The position numbers and the translations under genes are program-made. A stretch of DNA of 62,876 bases, counting the filler, from Sphacelaria rigidula (lineage: Eukaryota), in the NCBI GenBank assembly GCA_964200075.2. It is 11 parts of 11 records of this genome, joined end to end, with 100 filler letters (N's around TTAATTAATTAA, not from the genome) between each part and the next. Parts side by side here need not be neighbours in the genome. Positions count along the whole stretch, not along the records: positions 11,453 to 17,078 come from CAXNAA020025758.1; positions 17,179 to 22,803 come from CAXNAA020025759.1; positions 22,904 to 28,528 come from CAXNAA020025760.1; 8 more parts are not named here. One strand, given 5' to 3'. Each line of letters starts with the position of its first letter. Within the stretch, counting starts at the first letter, position 1. The notes below the pieces were generated by a model, which made no database searches, was not told where the DNA came from, and saw only the letters and a program-made list of their open reading frames with translations. Of the stretch, positions 13,596 through 24,121 are shown in pieces.

Positions 13596-13793
13596 AAATG
13601 CTGCATTTGTGCGAAATAACACTTGTCTGCATTTTTTGGAGAAAATGATACGCGACGGGCGAGTCGAGGATCGTGAGAGAACGTGCACCGGAGTGAAAGG
13701 TGCTGAGGTCGGTGCTGCTGAAGTCTCATCAATGGTTCGGGAAGTCCACTTGCGGGTGCTGGAGGGCTGTCACTGGCGCGAAATGGGGGCAGA

Positions 13794-14073
13794 GAGCAAT
13801 GCTACGGTAGGAGTTGCACGTTTTGTTTCTGCGGGTGTCCTTCTGGTAGGAGCACAAATTTATATGTGGGGCTTCCTGTGCAACCCAAATCTCCGGGGAC
13901 CAGACTCACACAAACATGGTGTTTGCACGCATGGGCCTTTCCGTAAATCGGCATCATTTTCAGTCTTTTTCGAGTAAAAATGATGCCGATTCACGAAATA
14001 ACCCGTCCAACACCCCGAGAAGCCCCGAGAAACATTTCGCTGAAAAAGTGGAGCCCCCACCGTAGCAGCGCTC
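13794..14073. mobile_element. 280-bp Sola-like MITE (GAG...CTC termini, 4-bp TSD)
   Basis: TIRs GAGCAATGCTACGGTAGG / CCCACCGTAGCAGCGCTC. TSD CAGA at 13790-13793 and 14074-14077. The empty site is visible in the opposite foldback arm (~12500-12530). Confidence 0.85.
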
Positions 14074-14869
14074 CAGACGGATCGGGAAGTCACTGGTGCC
14101 GGAGGGAAACGTACGATATTCTGCGGTGCGGTTAATCACAGAAAACGGAAGAATGCAATGCTGCGCTATCGTGCGTCCCAGAATGACGCTGCAGAGAAGC
14201 GGTTGGAGAAAAAAGATAACCCGTAGGAATAGTTCAGTAAGTTTCTTTGCCTTGGGAACGTTCGATTTGAGCGTTGGTGCGAAGCCCCAAAAACATTGTA
14301 ACGCTATCAACCATTTTCCTTTTTTCTCTGACGACTTCCCTGCATACAGGTGTCGTTTTGCTCTAGACGTCTGAGAGGCCGCCATTCCGTCTTTACTTGA
14401 TTTTAGAGTACATGCTTTTCGCTGATAGTCGTCTCTCTAGCATTTCACTGAACACTGTAGACCCTTCGACCGCATGTGCGTTATGGCGTGGCGTGGCTGC
14501 CTTCGGAATCGGCATCATATCATGCGAGTATCACATATGCTCATCTCACACTAATTGTGGCACAAGTTAAGCGTGTGACGGTTGTGACGTTCATTCAGAC
14601 GTCACAAACGTATAATGTGACGTGTAGCGTATGAATACGTTACACGTTACAGTAAACAATTCAAAATACGTGAATGTGTCGTATAAAAAAGAACACTTCA
14701 CGTCACGTCACATTTTTTCACCGGTACGTTACGTCACGTCACATTTGTGACGTATCGTGTAAAGTACGTGTGAGGTATACCGCAGAGAGCCCTAATTCAT
14801 TTGAAAATGCAAATTGAAGAGGATGAAACGAGATAGCGATGTGTGAGACGATCAGCGTGCCATTGCTCT

Positions 14870-15670
14870 CGACTGAACACAGTCTACTCTCGGGGGCAAA
14901 GCTTGGGCACACCTCAAGCGTGTTCTGATCTCGCATGCATGTCTCTTCCTTTCTGTTTAGCTGTTGCAGCGGTTTGTTTTTTATTTATTTCGTGAGATCG
15001 GTACTGTCTTCGCTTGAAAATTGAATCGGCATCATATTCAAATGAGAAATACGTTGACGGTATGAAGCTGTCAGCGCGCCATTGCTCTCTATTGAACGCC
15101 GTCCATCTCTCGGGGCAAAGACTCGCACACCTCGAGCGTGTTTTGATATTGCACGTATATAGTATCGTCTCAATATATTTTCCTTTTTTTCTGTCCCTGC
15201 GCTGCTGCTGCTACTCTACAATGGCGGGGCTTATGTAGTGCCGGTACGTGCTTAAGCAATCTCACCAGCAGTATTACGGCAATCGAGAACATATAAATAT
15301 GGATATCTAGGTTATTTCTGTTCCGAGTGATTTCATCGCACACACTGTATATCGGCAACCGGAACTATATAGGGAGCCCCGCTGTATCGCCATGCGTTTT
15401 TTTCATCATGAGTTACTGGATGTAACAATTTCTACGACTACTCCTCTCTGTTAGATTCGAGTCGGCATCCGATCAACGGGGGTGCTGACCCTTGGCGTTT
15501 GGCATGCGTCTGCTGTGCGCACGTCTCACCCAAAAATATCGTGTTCTCCACTTAACTCTCGGGGCAGGGCTGACACACCTCGAGCGTGCTTTGATCTTGC
15601 ACGCGTGTCGCGTCTTCTCCACTGCACTTCCTTTTCTACTGTCTCTTCTGTACTGCTGCTGCAGCTGTTG
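14870..15670. repeat. Three diverged direct copies of a repeat (core TCTCGGGGCA...CACACCTCGAGCGTG..TGAT.T.GCA)
   Basis: Cores at ~14888, ~15108 and ~15557. Confidence 0.6.
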
Positions 15671-15897
15671 GTGGTATTTACTCCCCCGCACATGTCATTT
15701 TTTCAAGGGTCGGACAAATAATGATTCGTCTGTAAATTACTTGGTTCTAGTGTAACTGATTCGACTCGTACGAATCAATCCCGAGGCTTTATTTTCAGCG
15801 TTGCAACCCAGGTACACGCAGCCCAGACAGGTGGAATGGCGCAAAAGTTGCGTGGATACCCCTTGAACCAGCGGTCAACTTTTTTCTCCCTCATGGA

Positions 15898-17078
15898 CAA
15901 TCAGGCCGAAAAAATCGTGGATTTGGTGATTCTTAGTCGTGATAATTCGTCCAAACCGTACATTTTTTCATCGTGAGTCGCTGATGAACACAACCCTTTT
16001 TTCTTTCACCACCGTAAGTCGCCACTGTTTCAAAGTTGAATCGGCACCATTTTCAGATCGTTTCTCATTGAACTCTGAACGGACTTGTGCGATCTCACGC
16101 ACAAAGAGCGCTCAGCTGATGAGCAGCTGCGGATTTTTCTCCAAACAGTGGCATGTGTCCTTGCGGAATCCAAACAATTGTCACCCGTTCGCGCGGGGGG
16201 ACTCGCGCAAGTTATCGCTTCTTATTGAAATCTGAATAGGTTTGAGCAAGGTCATGCACAACGTGCTTGGCTGATGAATAGCTAAGGCTCGAGCCGTGTG
16301 TCTTCGGTTTTTGCGGGGGCAATGAGTTCCTCAGGTTCAGCTCTGATTGTGTTGGGTTGTGTGTCAAACCTTTTGCGTGTGCCCCTGTCAAGAGGACATC
16401 TGCGCTCTTCTTTGCGTTCAAAATTTGATGCAAATATATTCATTTTTGGAATTGGTATGTTTTCAAGGGCAGGTCGAGAAGAGTACACTTATTTGCGGGG
16501 CATTTTGAAAGACGTACTAGAGGTACTCAAATTAGGGTAGAGTGTTGGGAGTCGTACCCAAAAATAAGTGGAAAGCGATCCCTAAAACCCTACCCCAAAT
16601 TTGTATGCTTCAGGTACGACTTTCAAATTACCCCGCAATTGAGTATGCTCTAGTCGACCTGCCCTTGCATATTTTCACTTGAAATAATGTCTAGTTGAGA
16701 ATCGCAGAGGGTATGAAACCGTCGGCGTGCTTTTGGTTTGCGGGGGCGATGAGTTCCCGAGGTTCACCCCAGATTGCGTTGGGTTGTATGCCTTACCTTT
16801 TTTTTTATGGGCCCCTGACAAAGGGACATGCATGTTGAGGCGTGCTCAGCTGATGAGCAGCTACGGCTCGAGCTGTGTGAATTTTGTTTTGCGAGGCAAT
16901 GAGTTGGCAATGAGTTCCTGAAGTTCACCTTTGATTTGTGTCGTTGTGTATTATCAAGCCTTCGAATATGCTCTCGTCAAAAGTGACGAGAACAATAATA
17001 CATATACTTTGTTTCACGGTTAGGACAAATCATCACGACTCAAAATCACCAAATTCACGATTTCTTCTGCCTGATTGC
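15898..17078. mobile_element. TIR element remnant with internal degenerate direct repeats, truncated at contig end
   Basis: 15898-15965 is an inverted match of 17012-17078. Internal repeats GCTGATGAGCAGCT...GGCAATGAGTTCC occur at ~16110, ~16270, ~16740 and ~16845. Confidence 0.5.
16464..16667. mobile_element. Second copy (opposite orientation) of the 8-bp-TSD MITE at 13391-13595
   Basis: TIRs CAAGGGCAGGTCGA...TCGACCTGCCCTTG. Degenerate TSD TATGTTTT / CATATTTT. Confidence 0.82.
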
Positions 17079-17178
17079 NNNNNNNNNNNNNNNNNNNNNN
17101 NNNNNNNNNNNNNNNNNNNNNNTTAATTAATTAANNNNNNNNNNNNNNNNNNNNNNNNNNNNNNNNNNNNNNNNNNNN

Positions 17179-17286
17179 ATCCACAACAAGCTTGTTCGAA
17201 CAGCCGTTGCTGCGTTCAACGACGATCTGACTCGAAATTTCGAGTAACAAATGGCCCCAAATACCCCCCCTATCGTAGGATGACTC
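17179..17286. mobile_element. Sola-like element end interrupting the gag-like ORF
   Basis: Same sequence as 7-117. It supplies the spurious 'ESSYDRGG...' tail shared by ORFs 1..276 and 17131..17868. Confidence 0.75.
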
Positions 17287-17868
17287 TTGCACAAGCACGG
17301 TTTGTTTGAATTCCGCCGGTGCCAGACCCTCCACCATCGCTTTTGTGATCACCGCAGCGGGCCCTGGACGAAAGTTCCCATCGGAGGGACGATAAACCAT
17401 CTCGACGTTGGGATTTTCCGAAAAACATGTCTCCAACTTTCCCATGATTGGCTCCACCCTCTTACGCATGGTCTTCCCCTTGTGGTTCATGGCGACAGCC
17501 TTCGCCACGGCCGCGGACGCCTGGGGTAGCTCTACCTCAGCGCCCGCCGCAGGGCCTGCATGGTTCTTGATCGCTGCAGCCAATTGCAGCGGCGTTATTG
17601 TGTTCTTCTCATGGAATCTTCTCGCAAAAACGCGTTGGAGGGGGGTAGGCACGAGTTGCGCCATGGATACCAGCTGATGCCTTACCGCACCCCCCGGGTT
17701 CGCCCGCTCCACCCGCTTCTTGTACTCCACATATTCCGTATTAAACGAACGAGAACCGCACTCAGAATGAAAATTCCCGTAACTGGGAGGCCGCAACTCT
17801 TCTCTCAGAACAAGTGGGGTTACGGTCGTCTCCGCTGGCTCTTCGGTCGGTACTTTTGTAGTCGACAT
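17287..17868 (-). pseudogene. Intronless ORF, probably the N-terminus of an LTR-retrotransposon Gag, truncated by a DNA transposon
   Basis: 194 open codons from ATG (MSTTKVPTEE...FNTEYVEYKKRVERAN...). It lies downstream of a tentative LTR (18204-18555, TGCCGC...ACAGCA on minus, AATAAA near 18268). No diagnostic motif is present, so the call is inference. Confidence 0.45.
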
Positions 17869-18699
17869 TTCCGAGCGGACCTAATCGAAGGCTTCTGAAC
17901 CTTCTCGAACTCCACAATTCACACCTGCCTTCGTCGACGCACCACACAGCCGTGGGGCCCTATAAACACCCGCTGCACGCAGCTCCAGCACGTCTCCAGC
18001 CTGGATCAATCATGGGCCAGCCGCCTTTGCAGCTACATCAGCTTGAACCCTCCTCACGCGTCCGTGAAGTAATATGCCCGAAGCTATCCAGACTCCTCTT
18101 TACTGAAAAAATTCCAGCAGACACTAACGATAGCACTACTAGCACGACTAGCACTAATACCGATATTGTGACGCCAGCAGGTTGCTAGTACTACAGCATC
18201 TAATGCTGTTGAGGGACGCCCCAGTTCCACTGGCCTCAGGTTTCAGTTGTTAGCCTTCACAACACCTTTTATTATACTGGAGTACCACACAGGCACATGC
18301 TCCATAAAACACATCAGGGTATCACCCCTGTGTCCATGTCATCATCCATATCATCACCACAGATCCCAAGTCATCATCCATATCATCACTATATACTCAA
18401 CGTGGCGGCGTGGTTTCGTCACAGGCCACAAGCGCAACCCGCTCCGCCATAGCTCGAGTATGACTCGAGTCTCCGCCTCACGAGAAAGAGTGCTATGTCC
18501 CGACTGGGCCATGGGGAGACCGACGGAGACTTTCAATACTGTCAATGGTGCGGCATAAGGAGTTCGATATTACTGTAGTTACGAGAGTAACGCAATGGGT
18601 GGCGGAGGGTGACGGCATTAAAAAACGACGAGGAGTCTATACAGAAACGTTTACGCTTTCCATCGCAGCGTCAGCCTCAGCAAAGAGACATAATTCTAC

Positions 18700-19426
18700 A
18701 ACATAACTATTTAATAGATTCTTAGCTTCACGACCCGCGCGGGCTCGGCCCCAAATATTGGACAGCAGCGCAACCGACCGACATTGCAGCCTTTTTGTGC
18801 TGGCTTGATGCATGTGGGAAAGGACGTACGCCAGTACATGCTAGACACTGCGCTGCAGTAGGTACCCCCGGACTCATCGACTGCTCAACGAAACAGGGGG
18901 AACGTACCTAAAGATACGCACACGATTCCTTACGGACGAATTATACGTCGAAACTAGCGATGGCCTTCGAGAACGAGCTCGGAACGAACTCCGACTGGAG
19001 AGACGCACTACGGGTAGGAAACCCAGTCCGCAGCAACCTCGTGGCACAATATACGATCTTCACCGGGTAAGAACAGAAGAAAGCAGGAGTGCTAGTAAAA
19101 CAAGCACCGGTTCTACTACACAGCTACCTCCTTGAACCGATCACCCCATTGAGGTCAGCTCTACAATGCACTAGAGATGCTACGGAGCAGGTACTCCTGG
19201 CCCGAGACATCGCCCTGTTCACAGTAGCATTTAGCACCACTAAGCGTGGCGACGAGCTCACGAGGACCCTCATCCAACACATTCTCAGACTCCCCAACCA
19301 CAGTGGTTTCATGTTCAACCTCCAATGGGGGAAAACACTACGAGGAGGCGCAGACCATCTATTCACTGTACCGTACGATGAGCTCTACCCCGCGACATGC
19401 CCTGTCCGAGCGGTGGAGCAATGGGT
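18700..19426 (+). pseudogene. ALOG domain + tyrosine recombinase of a DIRS-type (YR) retroelement, degraded and truncated
   Basis: One frame from 18759 reads WTAAQPTDIAAFLCWLDACGKGRTPVHARHCAAVG...RYAHDSL...KLAMAFE...GNPVRSNLVAQY...EQKKAG (ALOG-like). It continues RDIALFTVAFSTTKRGDEL...WGKT...CPVRA (YR catalytic R/K region). TAA stops at 18909 and 19068. Confidence 0.8.
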
Positions 19427-19678
19427 TGTTCATGTGAACAGGTACACTGAGTGAACATGCACATGTGCGGATATATTGATACGGACGTGCGGGTACTGGT
19501 AGTCGAGTGTGTATGACTACAGTACCCCGCTCATGGTAGCTACCACGCTGCCTGCTGAGCTCACCTCAACATCTGATCCCTCTGTCATAGGGTCGACTCA
19601 GCCTAGGCACTCTCCAATAATACAAAAGATAAAACTATCTATCCTTCGCCACGGGCCACGGAATACACTAGTGTTACA
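19427..19678 (+). repeat. Putative 5' LTR of the copia element
   Basis: Starts TGTT where YR similarity stops and ends ...TTACA just before the gag ATG (19693). The right boundary is uncertain and the partner LTR is not in the contig. Confidence 0.5.
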
Positions 19679-19692
19679 ACCGGTTGGGCAGA

Positions 19693-22600
19693 ATGGCAGA
19701 ACAGGGTGGCAGGCCTGCAACAGAAATCGGTGAGCAGGGTGTTATGGAGCAGTTGCGGGAAGTAAGTAGTCAGATGGTTTCCATGGCTCAGCTCATGCGT
19801 GATATGCAGCTAAGCCAAGCTACATTACAGAGTAACATGGACAATATGAGGGCAGAAAGAGAGGCCGGGGGCGCAGAAAACAACGGCGTCCTCGATAGTG
19901 AAGGTTCCCATAGTCAACAGGGGGAATTCAACATAAATAGAACAGCGGAGCGACGTGGTGCTGGAGTTCGAAGAGAGCGACGGTACATCGGGAGCCAAGC
20001 TGTTCCAGAGGACGGAGCGCGCGACGCAATGGACAACGAGCCCACCAATGACGAAGCTAGGGGATTTGTCCCCGCACGTGAGTCAATCCAAATAAACGAT
20101 ACAAGTGGAAATGTGTCAGGGGTTCACGTTTTTCGACAGAACTTCCCAAAATTTTCAGGGAAGAGCGCTGATTATGCTCGGTACAGGCATGAACTGGTCA
20201 ACTTCGCAAGGGGCGAAGGGATTGGCTGGGTGTTCACCATGGCCGGCGATAGCTCTTACGATGTAGATGTCGGTAATCCTGAAATAGAAATGGGGTATCT
20301 GGAGAGTAGACATGGGAAGGACACAGTGGCGGCCAACGTGAGGGCTGGACGAATGTTTGTAGCGAGTTTAGAAGGAAGGAGGGAGTATGATATTTTGCTT
20401 ATAATCCACTCACCTACTGCGGTTTGGAGAAATCTCGAGGATGTCTTTCGCCCCTAAGCAAATGGGGCGAGAACCGCTTTGTTGGAAAAGTTCGATGGAG
20501 TCAAGATTGGTGTTCGTGATGATCCAGAGCAGAAGCTTCTCGAGATGGAGGAGCTTGCACGTAACCTGAATTCAAACGAGGAGCATGAACGACTAAGCGA
20601 AAACAATATTCTCTTGAAATTCCTCAACGCGTTGCCCTCCGAGTATCACATCCAGAAGCAACTTCTGGAGGATCAAGAGGGACCGCTGACACGAGAGTTT
20701 ATGTTGACTTCGATCCGAAAGCGCTTCGAATCAACATCTTTAAAGCAGGAACTTGCCCGGGGAAAGAAATCATCCCCGGGCGACCAGGCTCTCCTTGCCG
20801 GGGGTGGGACCGGAAAACCGAGCGGTGCACACCGCAAAGGGGAACCGGGAAAATCCCAGGGCACTGGTCAGAAAAATGGCGGGAGCCAGAGCTCAAGTAG
20901 CTCTGGGTCGGCATCGTCGGACGGCAGACCGACGACTGGGCAGCTGCTCCGCTGCCACGTTTGCAACGAGGACACGACACATCGGACCAGGAACTGCCCG
21001 AAGAGATACTGCGGGAGGTGCGGTCAGCAGGGGCACACGTTCTGGGACTGTCCGAGATCGACAGCGAAGAAAGAAGACGTGGTAATGGCGATGGTAATGG
21101 CGATGGGCGCGGCCGACGACAGCGACAGCTTCTCCGTCTGATTGGTGGCGGATGGGGAGGCTTTCACCTCTCTCGACAGCACCATCACGACACGGACGAG
21201 TATGCATTGAGTGTTGAGCGGGGGAGTGATAGTCAGCAGGGCGAGGGCGAACCGTGGGTATTTGACACGGGGGCTACCCAGCATTTCTCCGACGATTCTC
21301 ATGGGATGACGGAGTACAGAGAGTTCAAGGGTAGAGTAGTACGGTGCGCGGGAGGCGATACTTTCCCGATCGTAAGCAGAGGAAATTTGTCCCTTGCCTT
21401 TAGATCTGACGGACAGGATGTAATCCCAAAATTAGTGGAGATGTTGACCATGTACCTGGTGTCCGTCATCACCTCTTGTCACTCACGAGGGTCCAACACA
21501 TGGGACACACCTACACTGGTTTTCGTAGAGGTTTCAGGGTAGATCTCAATTCAGGCAATACACTGATAATACCCGGACAACCACGTCAACTCAAAATGTA
21601 CGCCCGCCACCTCGATCAAAGTGGTAGTGACAAGTGTGCTTCGGCATATGCTGTTATTGCCTTGGGGGCTCCGCCTAGCCCCCAGACCGCTGACATCAAC
21701 GAATTCCACTGTTCCCACGCTCACGTCCACGAGAATTTACTGAGGAAGACGGCGAAGCAGCAGGGAAAGCAGCTGGCTGGGGAGCTGCAGCCCTGCCGCG
21801 GCTGCTCAGAGGCGAAGGGACTGCGGGCACCGATTCCAAGATCGACACACACGAGAGCAGCTAAGTCAGCGTCTAGGGTGTTTGTAGGTCTTTCCGGGCC
21901 GAAACCAGTCAAGTCTTACGGGGGAAAGTCGTACACGATGATAGCCCGAGATGATCACTCACGGCACACAAAGCTGTATTTCCTCCGGAAGAAGGATGAG
22001 GCAGAGAGACTCTTCGCGAAATACATTGCATGGGTCTCTCCGAGAAAAAATGAGATAGTCCGTAGCGATGACGAGGGTGAATTCTCGGAGGGTGCATTTG
22101 GTGAACTGTGCGGCAGGGAAAAGATCAAGCAGGAGAAGACAACTGCCGACTCACCCCAGATCAATGGTGTTGCAGAGCGAGCGTTAGGTATCATCGAAAC
22201 AGCAGGCCTTGCGGCCAGAACCCAAGCGTCTGAGCTGTACCCAGATGAGCGCATCCCAAATGGTGCCAGCCTGTGGGCTAAACAGGCAAACTGGGCGTGT
22301 CACGCGATGAACTGTACCGCTACCTCGGCTAACCCGCACCACAAATCACCGCGTGAGATATGGTATGGATCGCCACCAGAAGGTGATCTCATTCCGTTCT
22401 TGAAGCCTGGTTTTTGTAGGAGGAAGCGGAAAAAGAAATTACAACCGAAGGCCGAAAAATGCTGGTACTTGAGCCCAGCCCCAGGCTACCCACGTGACGC
22501 GATGCGAGTTTTAACTGTACGAGGAATTATCTCCGTGACAAGACATGTAAGATGGGCACGTACGTCCGCTGCCCCCCCCCCCGCACACTACAGCAAGCGA

Positions 22601-22803
22601 TCCAGACGCCGGGCGAGCTGAAAGATTCCAGCGTCGATCAAGGCCAGGGTGTGAGTGAAGACAGGACGGGAAGCCCGACAGTGGACACTTTGTCCAGCGG
22701 TTCCTCAAGCGCGCCGTCCTCCCCGCCGAGTTCCGTTGGTGGGAGGAGCGGAGCAGCACCGCAGATCCCCGTCAGTAGTGGAGGGGGCGAAGTGCCTTCA
22801 CCG
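19693..22803 (+). mobile_element. Ty1/copia LTR retrotransposon gag-protease-integrase, inactivated, truncated before RT
   Basis: Gag ...KFLNALPSEY..., zinc knuckles CHVCNEDTTHRTRNC and CGRCGQQGHTFWDC, protease WVFDTGATQH, integrase HCSHAH...CRGC, VGLSGP (D lost), RSDDEGEF, NGVAER. Copia order PR-IN. Stop at 20455 plus frameshifts. Confidence 0.93.
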
Positions 22804-22903
22804 NNNNNNNNNNNNNNNNNNNNNNNNNNNNNNNNNNNNNNNNNNNNTTAATTAATTAANNNNNNNNNNNNNNNNNNNNNNNNNNNNNNNNNNNNNNNNN
22901 NNN

Positions 22904-23108
22904 CTGATTGACCGCTTTTCACTCTCAATCGTATCATCTACTCTCAATCTCACGAAAACACTGTTTATTCCAATGTGCTGGGGATAGTCCGAATAATTCT
23001 GCAAACCGGGATGCCCTGACCCATACTCTTGCGCGTCTAGAAGCGTGAGGAGCCCCTGAACCAGACAAAATTTCGCGAAAAAAGTGCACCCCTACCGTAG
23101 CATTGCTC
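22904..23108. mobile_element. Terminal part of Sola-like element
   Basis: Ends CCCCTACCGTAGCATTGCTC, the exact inverse of the TIR at 13794. Homologous to 5727-5814 and, inverted, to 46462-46600. Confidence 0.75.
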
Positions 23109-23330
23109 AGTTTCTCTATCGCGATGCTATCGCGATGGACAGAAATGGCCAGGATTGGCATCGCGATAGAGAAAATCAAAGTAAGATAAATTGTCGGGTC
23201 CTACGTATTTCCTCGTTAAAATCTTTAATGTCGCCAGTGGTCGTTGCAAGAAACTGTGTGATCCTGTGGCAGATATTATCGCGATAAAAAAATGCAGTTT
23301 CTCTCTATCGCGATAGGAAAATTTAGCCTA
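23109..23330. mobile_element. Possible hAT-type MITE end with repeated ATCGCGAT subterminal motifs
   Basis: Several ATCGCGAT palindromes ending in TTTAGCCTA. Similar subterminal motifs lie in the hAT end at 44195-44300. Confidence 0.35.
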
Positions 23331-24121
23331 AAGGGGCCGTTCCAGAATATGTAGGGGTCCCCTCCCGGAGGGCATTTTTTCGAAATTGTCATGATTTTGC
23401 GGGGTTTTTTTGTCAAGTTTGTCGCAAGGAATTGATCAATAAACACTGTTTTGTTTCTTTCTGATAATTTTGTGACAAGAAATTGATCAATAAACGCCGA
23501 CAAAAACCGAAAAGTCTGGTGGGCCTTGTGGGGTTCGTATATCTGCTTCTGCTCCTTGCCCGTTCTGTCCCGATGACCTCAGATGCCGGAGGGCATTTTT
23601 TCGACAGTTAAAATGATCCTGATTTTTTTTATTTGTTTTGGTAACTTTGTTGCAAGAAATTGATTAATGTACACTGACAAAATCCAAAACGTTTGGTTGG
23701 CGTTGCGGGGTGTATGTTTGCTTCTGCTCCTTCATATTTATTCTGGTAATGTGTCTGGTAAGGAATAGCAGGGACAGTATTGGAAAGGCAAGCCTACGTC
23801 TGTGACCACGGGTTCGCGAGATCGGACTAATGTGCGGAAATAATACATACATACATACATACATACATACACACATACTTACATACAATATATAACATAA
23901 GGATCATATATATTATAAAGCATACATATTCATATACAATTATATATTATATTATATCGGAAAATCCTGATTTCCTGATAACTTCCGGTGATCGGAAAAT
24001 GTTTTCAGAAAAAATTCTATCAGAAAACGCCTTTTTTCTGATCACATTAAAATTGAGTTTTTGGTCATTTATCAGAAAACACGTTTTTTTTAGTTTGTTT
24101 TGTACATGAGAAGTAGCTTAA

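Larger units (their letters stand above)
12363..14206. mobile_element. Long foldback element (diverged inverted arms, centre ~13040) with two MITEs inserted in its right arm
   Basis: 12860-13020 is an inverted match of 13068-13230, 12500-12550 of 13755-13793 plus 14078-14100, and 12380-12440 of 14115-14180. Confidence 0.75.
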
